A stretch of 63,894 nucleotides of DNA, filler included, from Choristocarpus tenellus KU-1152 (Eukaryota; Protista; Phaeophyceae), in NCBI GenBank assembly GCA_964200185.2. It is 13 parts of 13 records of this genome, joined end to end, with 100 filler letters (N's around TTAATTAATTAA, not from the genome) between each part and the next. Parts side by side here need not be neighbours in the genome. Positions count along the whole stretch, not along the records: positions 1 to 10,289 come from CAXNAD020003014.1; positions 10,390 to 15,950 come from CAXNAD020010426.1; 11 more parts are not named here. One strand, written 5' to 3'. The notes under the pieces are model-generated. The model did not search any database and had not been told where the DNA came from. It saw only the letters and a program-made list of their open reading frames with translations. The position numbers and the translations under genes are program-made. Of this stretch, positions 1 through 11,624 are shown one piece after another (within the stretch, counting starts at the first letter, position 1; each line of letters starts with the position of its first letter).

Positions 1-3000
1 CTGATCACACCGATCACTGGCCACGCCTTCCAAGTGGTGGAAGGGAGGGGGGAAGGGAGGGGGGAAGCTGGGGGGAGTTGGATATTGTGCCATTGAATGA
101 GCACATCTCTTCGTAAGAAATGGATTGGTCATTTCGAAGACCACTTCAAGCCTCATGCATATAGTGACCTCATGCAGTCAACAGTGGCGAGGCAATTCAA
201 GCCTGCAGTGAAATTCTATCAAGTAGAGGTTTTAGGAGGTGCTCAAAATTGGAAACCCCTCAAGCCCCACACTAAAGGGTTATTGTCATTGAACACCAGC
301 TTGAATAGTCCAGGAGCACATATCCCAGGTGCGAGGAAGGGAGGGGCTTGACAGGGGTAGTCATAGCCAGCTAGAGTTAAAATATCTGGACTATGTCCGA
401 CAGAGTCACTTCTCGCACGACAGGGAGAGGGGTGCCTGTGCACACCTCGCCTCTGCCCACACAACCCTTCTCTAGTTCCTTTAGTGTTGTGAACGCCAAG
501 CAGGTAGTATAGAGGGTATCCTACTCTGAACAGAACAGGGTCATTACTCGGACAGGAAACATGGAGATCCTCTGGAACACTGCTTTTTATTCGGCAACAT
601 CATTCAACACTATAAATCCTATTCCTCCCCCCTCCATGATGAAATCCCTAAATAACACAAGTACAAGGTCAGCAATGAGGATCCTGCAGTGCATGCCCAC
701 AGGTCATTGTGAACCTCGACATTTCCTCTGCCCTGTGCGTTGTAGTAGACATCAGGGAGGTGTATCTGGATCCTATCAACTCACCCCCTTATCGCCCAGC
801 CAAACATCCTTCATTGACTTGTGCGCTGTTGCCATACCACGCTTCTGCCCCTCAGGTACGGCAGCACTGGTTGCACATAGAGCATCAAACACGGGACACA
901 ACGATGTCAAAACTAAGTTGGGGGATAGGTGCCGCACTCGACTACCAAATAATCTGGTAGCTATACATTGGAAGATCCTACTGCACCCCTTTCACTCCGG
1001 GAAGGGTATTGTTAGAATGTAACGTGATGATTGCCACTTTGTCTATCACCTGAAAACAGATGGCCGCGCAGCTTGGACAGCCCCACGGCGGAGGGAGGAC
1101 ATAAGGAGGGATGAAGACATGGTCCTGCCATTATAAAGATGAGAGCAGATGCTTCTGGTTAGGTCGAAGTTCATGAGGCAAAAGACTTGCTGTAATGGCT
1201 CAGCCGTCGTGCAACACTGAAACCTGCCACAACCAAAATGCAAAATTGAGGTATATTCGGGAATCTCTAGAGCCCAAACTGTCCATTTCTTGGCCAAGAT
1301 AAGTCAAACGGAATGCAACAAACGGTAATTTACAGAGGATCAAACTTTGAACCCTTGCCTAGCAACCCAACTTCGGCAACTCACGTATCAGTGGTTGTCC
1401 CTCAAAAGTTTGACGTTGATGTGAATGGGTTGTGTTTTTGTATTTTTCCACTGGTTTGCTCTTTTCCCTCACCCACAACTCGCAGCACGCAGACACGCCT
1501 CACGTAACGGACATTTTATTCTATGATGTGGATTGTAATGAGTAACCACACACGAAAACATTGGGCTGCTACCAGTGTAACTCTAACTCTCACGTAGGGG
1601 CTCAGCTTCTACAAGAGGGAAATATGATTAGGTGCATTACGGGTGTACAGCTCATCATGGGTCAGGAGGACGGGCACGACCTTCTCAAAGCAGCAAGGTT
1701 ACAGCCATGCTAATAAGGACTTCTCCATGAGTGGATGCTTGTCACATCTCAAGTACCTAGTATATTTGGCCTTTGAGAATGCATCAGTTGCTGGGTGACG
1801 AAAATATTCCTCGGACTAGCCTTGATTTTTCACGTAGGATGTTCACGTACCCTAAGTGGCATTCATGTGAAGTAGACTTGGCACACAAGTATGATGGAGA
1901 AATCGGATCGTATTTGGTATTTCAGACTCCAAGTGAGTGGATTGCGGAAGTAGAATTGAAGGCAGTTCTTTCTCGTTATTCATATCTCTGTGGTTTCTTT
2001 CGCACATGTCAGGTAAAGCACTATTGGTGCATTAGTATTTTGAGCGTGAGCTATGTGTGTACGTGCACGTGATCAGGTACCTTCGAGGGGCCGTCCACGA
2101 GACCCCACCAGAATCTCAAACCACCGCAAAAAAGAAACGCCAGGAGCATTTTCTTTTCTACCGCTCCATCAGAGAGAAGGTGGTGGAACTTTGGTATCAG
2201 AGCTTTGGCATTCCAATACCGCTCTCTAGCACTTCCGAGCACCCCTCTCATGTCGTCGAGAAGGGGCACTGCTTCTATTGGTGGTTGGGTGTATGGCACT
2301 GTGGTATCGTGCGGTTGGCTAACCAGAACAACGAAGAACACGTCCAGGTATTCCCGAGTCACGCTCGTCATTTGTGTGATTACAGGTTGAAGCACGTATT
2401 CGTGATGCGGAGAGCTCGCTATCACATGGGGCTTGGGCTAGAATGTGGGGACATAAACTGATATTCCTCTGAGTGTATTATATTAAAGAGGCATCAACCT
2501 TTTCTTTATCTCACACTATCCCAAGTACCTCCAATACTACGCACTCTGTCGTAGATACTCATTATTCTTTGTTTGATGGTTCTAGGTGCACTTCTTGGGA
2601 CTTGATAAGGAGAACGATGTGATAGTTCCGACTGGGGATCCGCGAATGCGCTGCACGGTAAGGTAAATTCTATGCCCTGATACCCCTGCAAAAGAAAAAA
2701 TGTATCCCAAGCCACTCACCAAACGCGGCAGTGGCATAGGATAGGCTACGACTCATCTCTTGATAAATAATAACACAAAAAAGTGTAGTGGCCAGTCACT
2801 TCACCAAAGAGTCTTGGCCCATACTGTATACAAAATAGTACCAGTACCCAACATAGACCTGGTCCCACATTCACAACCTACTGAGGATGTGCAATTAACT
2901 AACCCATTGACTTTACTCGCCTCTGTTGAAGCAGTTAGATTCAGTCTGATTGGGGTATCTTCCGGAGTATATACAACTCCCACCATCTACATCCTTACAT

Positions 3001-4017
3001 CACCCAGCACTATTCCCTCCAAAAAAGGTGTTGGACCCAAGGGATGGTCGGGATTCTGTCAACGAGAGGGTGTTGCCGGGTATATTTCCAATGGTGAGAC
3101 AATACAGCAAAGCAGCGAAGTGTGTCTGAGTCAGCTGTCTTGGGCCGTTGATTTCGTGTGAGGTTCCACATTATTGGGGTGGTTCAACTTATCCTTGAGG
3201 CAGGATAAAACCACTTTCCTTTGGGTGTGTTGGCACAAAACTTCTCCCTTTGGCTGGATACGAGGGGGTAGTGAGGTCTGCTGTACAAATGTTGGCTCTT
3301 TGCTGAGGCACGGGTTTCTCCCATAGTATCCATGCACAGGTCAAGTATCTAAGTGAATATGTATTTCAGAAGGAAATTTGATTCGTGCTATTAACAATCA
3401 GGCATAAATCAACAGCTCAACCAAGACAGAAATTTTGCCTAACCACAATCAGAATCTTGCACATGTAGGGTCCTCGACTCCAATTGAACTTGCCACACTC
3501 CTTGCAACCATGCAACACCCAACCCACCACCAGCTAATGATGCACAAATTGAATGCACACACGAAACTTTAGAAAGGTGACCATGTCAGGATCCACTACT
3601 TAGACAGCAGAGAAGCTGCACTAATGCTTCACACAGACCTGTATCTCTGTGGGGTAATCAAGGACCCTGATGTTACCCGAGGAGTTGCCCTGGTAGAGGT
3701 GGCAGGCCTGGCTGGGCCCGAGTTCATTGTGGTGCCCAATGTTCGGATGGAGCATGCCTGTCCCAAGACCAACTCAAGAGTAGAGTCTACTATCAAGGAC
3801 ATGCGTGACCAGGTGCAATAGGGGTGCACTCCACCCGGTTGCAAGTTTCGCAAAGTTTTGTGGATGGGGTCTGTGAATGCACACAGAGCACAGGTAAAAG
3901 TATTTGTGTGAATATGAGTGTGTCAAGGCTGACCGCAGCATGTGGAGTAGGGGCTGGGAGAGGTTCAGGAGGAGAAAGAGAGAGGTCTGGTAATAGTGCG
4001 AAGCGTGGAATCATACT

Positions 4018-4276
4018 GAGTGAAAGTATCTTAGGGGTACGAGTTTTGCCCTGTTTGTCCATTTGGAGACTGGCTTCTCATGGGGTTTTTTTATTACATT
4101 TTCCTACTCCAAAATGTTTAGGAGGAGGTAAAATGTGTACTTCATGAAAATGTGTGTCTGGAACAAGGATATTGATATCTCCTAACAAACACGATAGTCA
4201 AAATTACATCAAAATCGCAATATTGGATTTTGGCCCTCTAATGGACACGGCTCTACCCTCTAAGATACTTTGGCTC
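4018..4276 (+). mobile_element. MITE family A (~260 bp), full copy
   Basis: TIRs GAGTGAAAGTATCTTAG / CTAAGATACTTTGGCTC; 4-bp TSD TACT (4014-4017, 4277-4280). Confidence 0.92.
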
Positions 4277-5475
4277 TACTCCTATGTTCTCCCTTGGCCA
4301 AGTCTGTAACCCAACTCAATCGCACTAAATAGCAAACACATTTTTGCTTACAAGGACTCGCTCTTCATCGCCCGCCTCTCTGATCCAGTTGCTCAGGCAG
4401 GTGGATATTGCCACCAGTGCCCAGCTTCCTATTCTGGTTGTGAAGGGATCAAGGAGGGTGGTGGACCAGGTAGTTATGATTTCCCTGTGGGCCCATGGAG
4501 ATAAGCTCCTTGTAAGGGTTAACCAGCCCAAGGTGAGATTGAAAAGGGCCAAGATGGGGGGCAGAGAGGAAAGACCCCGCTAGATAGTTCATATAGATTA
4601 TAGTTTGAAATATTTTCTGCTCCTGCTAGTTAATACTGACAATAGGTAGCATCAAGGAGGTCAAATAATATTAGTTTAACACTGTTAATGAATTTTTTCG
4701 CATTGTTGCAACTTCCAGTCTCCAGTAATATTTCCGAAGTGAGTTGAGAGAGTTGAGCTGTCAACCCAGACAATGGTGGCAATGTGGTCGGTTTATCAAC
4801 TGACACACACAATAGTTTGAAAGTGTGCAATGATGCTCAAGCCTGTAGTCAGAACAACAATTCAAAAGGCGAGCAGAAACAAACAAACAAATAAATAAAT
4901 AATAAACAAATGACAAAGGGCAGAACATTGAATGAAAAGTGAGTAAAGCAAAAGAACAAATTAGTAGTGGTACATAAAAAGAAGGAATAAATAGAAAAAC
5001 TTTCGTGGCAAAGGAGAAAAATGCCTAGTCATTCAAATCAAGATGGGTGTTAGCTCCAACACCAAGGGCCATAGGTTCAAGGAGGGGCATCTATCCAGTA
5101 ACAGTCACACTTGAAGGAAACAACACCTGTCCCATAAACCCACTAACAGCACATACATTCCACCACAAGTAACCAGACAAGGAGGGTGCCCTAGGTCAGA
5201 CCCAATTCCGAACCCAATTGGCATGCCAGATGTCTCCATGAAGTGTTTGACTCCATCTTCTGCACACCTGAATGTCAGTAACACCTTGAAAAATAACAAA
5301 AAATAACAATTACTGAGTGTGTATCATCGGTAACAAGAGCGATTACATTAGCAGTTATACCCTGGACAATATATATATATATAACAATAACATTAATAAT
5401 ACAAGAACAACAATGAACCAAAGCAAATGAAAGGTACCCAGGATTTTACTGTTTTGTATTTAAGTCTGTTTTTCA

Positions 5476-5735
5476 TAGTCAAAGTATCTTAGAGGGTAGA
5501 GCCGCATCCGTTTTGGGGGCCAAAAAAATCAATGTTGCGATTTTGATGTAATTTTGGCTATCATGTTTGTTAGGAAGTGTCAACATCCTTGTTCCGGACA
5601 CACCTTCTCACAATGTATACATTTTACCTACTTTGAAATATTTCGGTGTAGGAAAATGTCATAAAAACCCATGGGAAGTCAAGTCCCAAACGAACAAACA
5701 GGGCAAACCTCACACCCTCTAAGATACTTTCACTC
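5476..5735 (-). mobile_element. MITE family A, full copy, reverse orientation
   Basis: Matches 4018-4276 in reverse complement; both TIRs present; TSD ambiguous. Confidence 0.88.
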
Positions 5736-5884
5736 TCAGTATTTTCATAATCATGTGTTTTTTCTCTTGATGATGTTCCAAGCTTGACTTGAGAACGTTT
5801 ATTTCTGTATCATTGTAAGAATTTCCGGCACCGTTAAAAAAATTACACATTTGTAAAAAATAACCGAATTTTGCATATATTTGT

Positions 5885-6148
5885 GACTGAAAGTATCTTC
5901 GAGGGTACAAGTTTTTCCCTGTTTGTCCATTTGGGACTTGGCTTCCCCATGGGTTTTTTATGACATTTTACCTTTTCCAAAATGTTTCGGAGCAGGTAAA
6001 ATGTGTATGCTATGAAAATGTGTGTCCGGAACAAGGATATTGACATTCCCTAACAAACACGAAAGCCAAAATTACATCAAAATTGCAACATTGGATTTTA
6101 GCCCCCAAATGAACGCGGCTCTACCCTAACCCTAAGATACTTCGGGTC
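5885..6148 (+). mobile_element. MITE family A, full copy, right TIR altered by telomeric sequence
   Basis: Matches family A; right TIR reads TACCCTAACCCTAAGATAC instead of TACCCTCTAAGATAC. Confidence 0.87.
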
Positions 6149-7130
6149 GGATGGCTCCCTAACCTAACCCTAACCCTAACCCTAAGACAGAAGATCGATC
6201 CAGGATGATTATTGAGCACAAAATCCTATGGGCATATACTTGTGAGGAGCCTCTCCACATACCTAACCCTAGCACCTTCACCTCGGAAGTCTTCACACAT
6301 CCCTAACCCTAACCCTAAGAGATCCGCAAGGTATGAAGGTATCAAGGTATAACCCTAACCCTAACCCTAATGCCACAATGAGCACAAAGAGAAACCTTCA
6401 GGTATCATGAGCGACGTAGTTAAGTCCATTTGAATAACCAGTTTGAGTTAGCTGCCATTTTCATGTATGGACATACATACAGCGAAGATGCAACCTTTGT
6501 CCAGCAAAAAAAAAAAAAATGACCTGTAGTTTCAGTGTCAAACAAGCTTTGATAGTTAAGTTGCCCCAACTATAAGAGCATTTTAATCTTTGCTGGGTAC
6601 TCTCTGATGAAATCGCGATGCATTTACTGAGGAAGCCGTGATGGTACTTCCTCTGTTCTGGTGCTGGTTTTCAACGATGGTCGGAATAAAAATTAAAAAA
6701 AAAACTAATGCGCATGTCCAATAACATGACACCATTGTTGCATATACCTGTTTGCTGGTTAGGGTTAGGGTTAGGGATAGGGTAAAGCCATCTTACCTAC
6801 GATACATAGGCAAGTTAGGGTTAGGGTTAGTAGAACATTAGACTATATATATCTTGAGGTTAGGGTTAGGGTTAGGGTTAGTGACAAATAACTACGACAA
6901 AAAAGAAAGATGATAGTCAGAGAATGGGAAGATGCTCTGCCAGCCTCCACATTCATGACTCACCAACCCCTCTTGTATTTGGACAACAAAGCCAGACAAA
7001 GTTCAACATACAGACCCTACAACGCCTTATTCAAAGCTATGAAGTAATAATGTACACCTCTTATGACTGCATTTCGATGCCATTATAACCAGCAACAGTT
7101 TCACTCCAGTAAGCAAACCGCACTGAACAT

Positions 7131-7314
7131 GATTCAAAGTATCTGGGGGGGGGGGTGCTGGCTGTCCATTCGTGGCGATTTTTTCCATGTCGTGATTTTT
7201 CGGTGATTTGGTTCCATGCGTCGGATGGATAATGTTAGTGCACTTCTCCTGTTCAGTGCCCAAATGGACACCCTGGTGTAGACCCCCCACCCCCCCCTCC
7301 AGATACTTTGGGCC
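7131..7314 (+). mobile_element. MITE family B (~180 bp), full copy
   Basis: TIRs GATTCAAAGTATCTGGGG / CCAGATACTTTGGGCC; 4-bp TSD ACAT; subterminal CCCAAATGGAC shared with family A. Confidence 0.9.
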
Positions 7315-8967
7315 ACATCACAACTTGTTAAATTATTGCCACAGGAAAAGCCTTCCTAACAATCACGGTTCAGCAACAGGTGAGCAATTAACCCTAACCC
7401 TTACCACAAAAAAAAAAATTGTGGGTCACATATATTTGCACCCATGCCTTCAACTTTCCCAGCTGGCTAGAGTGGGGTCATGAGTCAGTATGGTTGCAAT
7501 TTCTGATGGCCCTGGACCAGCCCTGTTCAGCGAATTTCACAGGATCAACTGACAAACCATTCCGCTAACACTCTGACAGATCTGGACTGGTCGAGTCAGC
7601 ATATATCTTACGGGGACCGGTTCACAACTCGGCTGGGTCACAGTCTTTGAGTATGAAGGCAATCCCATCCTACAAAAGCAGCATAAACCAAAAGAGAGGG
7701 TTAGGGTTAGGGTTAGGGTTAGGTTTGCTCAGCACCTCTACTTCCAGGGAATATGTTTTCACCACGTAAGGTTGCTTCTCCTCCCAATGCATAGATTCCT
7801 AAAATAAGACTGTACATTGTAGAGTCCATAAAATAGCCCCAAAACTCTTTCTGTTTGCCTACCCTGCTTAGTTGACAGCACCAAGCTGGGGCTAGGACGG
7901 ACTGGCTTGATTGAAGCCATCTGCATATGAGCATATTCTGCTCGAAATAATCCTAACCCTAAACACTGCACAGCACAACCCAACAGCTAACTAGCCCAAA
8001 AATGTTTCATTTAACCCAAAAATGTTTCATTTAATCACCTAGGCACATCCATTCCGATTTCCCTCATTCAGCAAAATCCAATCAATGCTCAAGAGATGTT
8101 GACATGAATCCTACCTTCACAACACTAATATAGAGATGTTGACATGAACCCTAACCCTAACCCTAACCCTAGTTGACATGTAAGTTGCATAAAAAAAGAG
8201 AGCAACAGGCATTGATGTAAACAAAGTTCATTGTCAAGAATCATTTTTTTTTCTTTTTTTCATAAAACTTTGGCAGGCGCTACCATAACCCTAACCCTAA
8301 GTTTACCTCACTTTCACAACAACTGAAGTGAAAAATAAGATAAAACTCAGTACCTGCATCAAGCCGCAACAGGGATGTATGTCAAATTTACATTTGCAGG
8401 CCTGAGCTACCAGTTGCACTAGTTGCTTAGGCTAGTCTTAGTCTTAGTATGGTAAGTCAAAGCGCAGTTGAAAGAGTGGTTAGGGTTAGGGTTACGCAGT
8501 TGAAAGAGTGACAGTGCCATCTGCGTTTCTGTCAATTTCTGTCAAAAGGTCGACGGCACGCACCTGACAACTCTGGGTGAGGACCCTAGAGTGGACGGGT
8601 CAGGAAATATCTTTCACGTTACAAAACCTTCTCAGGGTTAGGGTTAGGGTTGATAAAACGGTGCCTTCGGTTTTCATTGTTCTGACTTGAAGCTATAACC
8701 CTAACCCTAACCCTAAGTTTTCATTGTTCTGACTTGAAGCTATAACCCTAACCCTAACCCTAACCCTAAGAAGTCTCATGCTTCTGCACCGCTAAAATAT
8801 AGAACTCAGGGTTAACCCTAACCCTAACCCCAACCCTAACCTTATAGAACCACAGCACACTACACGCCCTACCATGAGTATTGAGTAGTCTCCAGTAGAT
8901 CAAACAAAAAATAAAATAAAATAAAATAATAATAATAATAATCAAATAAACACAACATGCCACGAAC

Positions 8968-9039
8968 CTGATAGCTGGTTGTGGTTCAGGAGCAAATTTT
9001 TTAGCTGCAATAGGTTTCCCAGTTCCTTGGGGATCTTGC
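8968..9039 (-). CDS. 72-bp phase-1 LRR exon GKIPKELGNLLQLKNLLLNHNQLS (brown-algal ROCO/LRR-type)
   Basis: Exactly 72 bp between ctcag| and |gttcgt; matches the plant-type LRR consensus GxIPxELGxLxxLxxLxLxxNxLxG. Confidence 0.88.
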
Positions 9040-9646
9040 CTGAGCGAGGTAGAGGATTAAGGGTTAGGGCTATAGGTCATGTTATCAACCTTAGTGGTAT
9101 GATGTAATTGTTTCAAGTCAGGTTAGCGTTAGGGTTAGAAATTACAGAGGTACTGCAGCGTAAAAGACGAACAGTTCCTTGTATCCCCTCCAACCCTAAC
9201 CCTAACCCTAACCCTCCTAACTCACAAATTCAAACCCCACTGCCAACTACTCCGGAGTACATACTATGATGGTAAAGAGCACTGTTTAGCCTCGTCAAAC
9301 ACGAGAGACCCCTCGCTAACCCTAACCCTAACCCTCTTCGAACACGAGAGACCCTTCGCTAACCCTAACCCTAACCCTAACAACTGGCACTCCACCAAAA
9401 AAAATAACTTAGGGTTAGGGCATTCAGGTCGGGACTCCGAGAAGAAGAACTTCCTGACACAGCTTGAGGAAATTAAAGAGAGACCAAGTTCGTAATACTT
9501 CTGACGTGGGCCAACCCATAGAGTGAGATCTACATTCACAAGCACAACAGATAGACGTTATCAAGGTGCACAAGGCAAGCAGCAAATAGTATTCTACACC
9601 TTCCCCCCCATAACAAAAAAAATGTGGATAAAATATAATGATGCAC

Positions 9647-9718
9647 CTTTCAACTCATTCATGTTCAGTCCGAGCTCTTTCAGGTTCACCAGATTCCCCA
9701 GTTCCTTAGGGATTGGAC
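9647..9718 (-). CDS. 72-bp phase-1 LRR exon GPIPKELGNLVNLKELGLNMNELK
   Basis: Exactly 72 bp between cgcag| and |gtgcat; same LRR consensus, strand and phase as 8968-9039. Confidence 0.88.
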
Positions 9719-10289
9719 CTGCGTAGGCTCAGGTTAGGTTTAGGGTTAGGGTTCAGTTACACACACGCAAGGCAATGAGAGAGCAGTTACATTTTTATCA
9801 GGGACAGTTACACGCGTCATGCAGTCTTCCTGATAAAAATGTCGACCACAAAATGGTTCCATCAAAATAAGCAAATTGGGAAACTTGACTTCAGAAAGGT
9901 GCTACTCATCAGCTGCTGGTGGAATGACTAGAGCACAGCACAAGGAGGTACACCTCTTAACCCTAACCCTAAGTGCAGCACATGGAGGTACACCTCCTAA
10001 CCCTAACCCTAACCCTGATAAAATGCCCATTTGCAAGGTCATGAAAAATTGACCTAACCCTAGGTCAGGCATGATCATAGACCCCAATTTTGAGCATGTA
10101 GGCAAAGTGTTTGAAAAATGAGAAGGCAAGCAATTGCACTCAAGGGAGAAAACTATATAACCCTAACCCTCAAGAAAGTCATACAGATACAGGGATTTTT
10201 TTTTCTGGGGGAGGGGGGGGGGGGGGGGGGGGGGGCAGAAAAGGAGGGAGGGAAAGACCCCGCTAAGCTCCCTCCCCCCCACAATCCTG

Positions 10290-10389
10290 NNNNNNNNNNN
10301 NNNNNNNNNNNNNNNNNNNNNNNNNNNNNNNNNTTAATTAATTAANNNNNNNNNNNNNNNNNNNNNNNNNNNNNNNNNNNNNNNNNNNN
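10290..10389. other. Artificial contig spacer (N run + TTAATTAATTAA + N run, 100 bp). Same spacer at 15951-16050, 20816-20915, 27788-27887, 32240-32339, 36533-36632, 43213-43312, 45975-46074, 49226-49325, 53236-53335, 56482-56581, 60570-60669
   Basis: Identical 100-bp unit with a six-frame stop cassette recurs 12 times; contigs often end in MITEs or poly-G/C. Confidence 0.97.
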
Positions 10390-10457
10390 AAAAATCGCGA
10401 TATGAAAAAAATGACGCCAAATGGACAGCCGCCACCCCCTCCCAGATACTTTGAGCC
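10390..10457 (-). mobile_element. MITE family B end, inserted into the copia RT after LDFTQ
   Basis: CCAAATGGACAGCCGCCACCCCCTCCCAGATACTTTGAGCC directly interrupts the RT frame; contig breaks inside the MITE. Confidence 0.85.
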
Positions 10458-11357
10458 TTGAGTGAAGTCTAGGGAGTTGATGACCCAGTTTCTGCTAGCT
10501 GCTGTAGCCAGGACTGCCCGAATCACATCAAATCCTACCACTGGACTGAATGTACTGAAGTAGTCCACCCCTTCTTGTTGGGAAAAACCCCATGCCACCA
10601 GCCTGGCCTTAAATCTTTCGATGTTGATTTTAAAGATAAATCTTGTTTTGACAGATCTCCTCCTTAGTGACAGACTCTCTCCCTCATGGAAGGTTCCTTC
10701 GCTTCGTTGGCCCTCCATTTCTTGCTCCGTTGCCTCTTTCCAGTGTTCTGCATCAGGCCCTGCGAGGGCTTCTGCGATGGTTGATGGCTCCTGGTATCCT
10801 ATCGAGATGTCACCTGCCATGCCCATCAAACAGTATGCATCATCCGTGTTTGTTCTGAGTAGATTCACTATATTCTCTCCCAGTTCTTCTGTATGCTCCA
10901 GAGTGTAAACCCCTGTAGTCCACCCTGGGTTGTTCAGCTATCCTGGCTGACCTCCGTTGTCCACTAGGTGAACTTGTTGAGTTCTTGCTCGCGGCTGTTG
11001 CTTGTGGTATCGGATCGACTGCAATATCGAAATCCCGATCAGAGTGGTCTTCAGTATCAGAAATCTCTTCATCCGTCAAAGTCATGGTCTCTCTCTCCCC
11101 CACGAAGTCCATGATGTGTTCGTCTGGCTCAAACGTCACGTGGGCTGAGGTTACCAACTTGGCCTCTTGAGGAAGCCAGATGTACCAACACAGTGATGTA
11201 CGGTCGTGTCCCGTGATTATACCCCGCTTGGCGTATGGGTGAAACTTTGAACCGGCTCCCCTCTGCTGCTTGTCCTGGTGAACATAGCGCTTGCTCCCCC
11301 AGGCCCAAAGCCTATCGTAGTTGAAGTATTTACCTGTTAGACACTCGCATGGCGTTT

Positions 11358-11624
11358 TGTTTGATTAGACTCTTCCAACTCTATCATACAGTTACAGTAA
11401 AATACGTATGGAGTAAAGGAACAATCAATTAGTGGTTGAGTTATCAGAATCTTTTATTAGTGATTAGTTGTATGAGAACAATTCTCATATATAAGAAAAT
11501 ATTTTTGATTTTATGGGGTGTTGCATACCCCACTTAATTTTAATTAATCACTCTACAGACACCAAGCAATCTCACTGGGTTTATCACCTTTATCCTCTTT
11601 GATGATTTGGGAGATACTTTAACA
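11358..11624. mobile_element. Solo-LTR-like insertion (TG...CA, 267 bp) inside the copia integrase
   Basis: Removing it restores LGGETPCECLTG; degenerate 5-bp TSD CGTTT/CATCT; its 3' end recurs at 32340-32411. Confidence 0.82.

Larger units (their letters stand above)
6123..10170. repeat. Cluster of ~29 short interstitial telomeric (TTAGGG/CCCTAA)n tracts in both orientations
   Basis: Tracts of about 1.5-5 units, e.g. 6158-6186, 6301-6318, 6349-6370, 6757-6783, 6858-6881, 7698-7723, 8147-8171, 8479-8494, 8696-8716, 8743-8769, 9192-9215, 9316-9335, 9359-9380, 9732-9753, 9958-9972, 9997-10016. Confidence 0.95.

Noticed and set aside
97-3900. ORFs in the first 4 kb, including a weak TTVPYT integrase-like match near 2290
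   Set aside because: No ordered set of motifs; probably decayed repeats that I cannot assign.
6123-10289. A true chromosome end
   Set aside because: Tracts are short, interspersed and in both orientations; no long terminal array is present.
10334-10345. Recurrent TTAATTAATTAA palindrome as a biological motif
   Set aside because: Always centred in N runs; it is an artificial six-frame stop linker.
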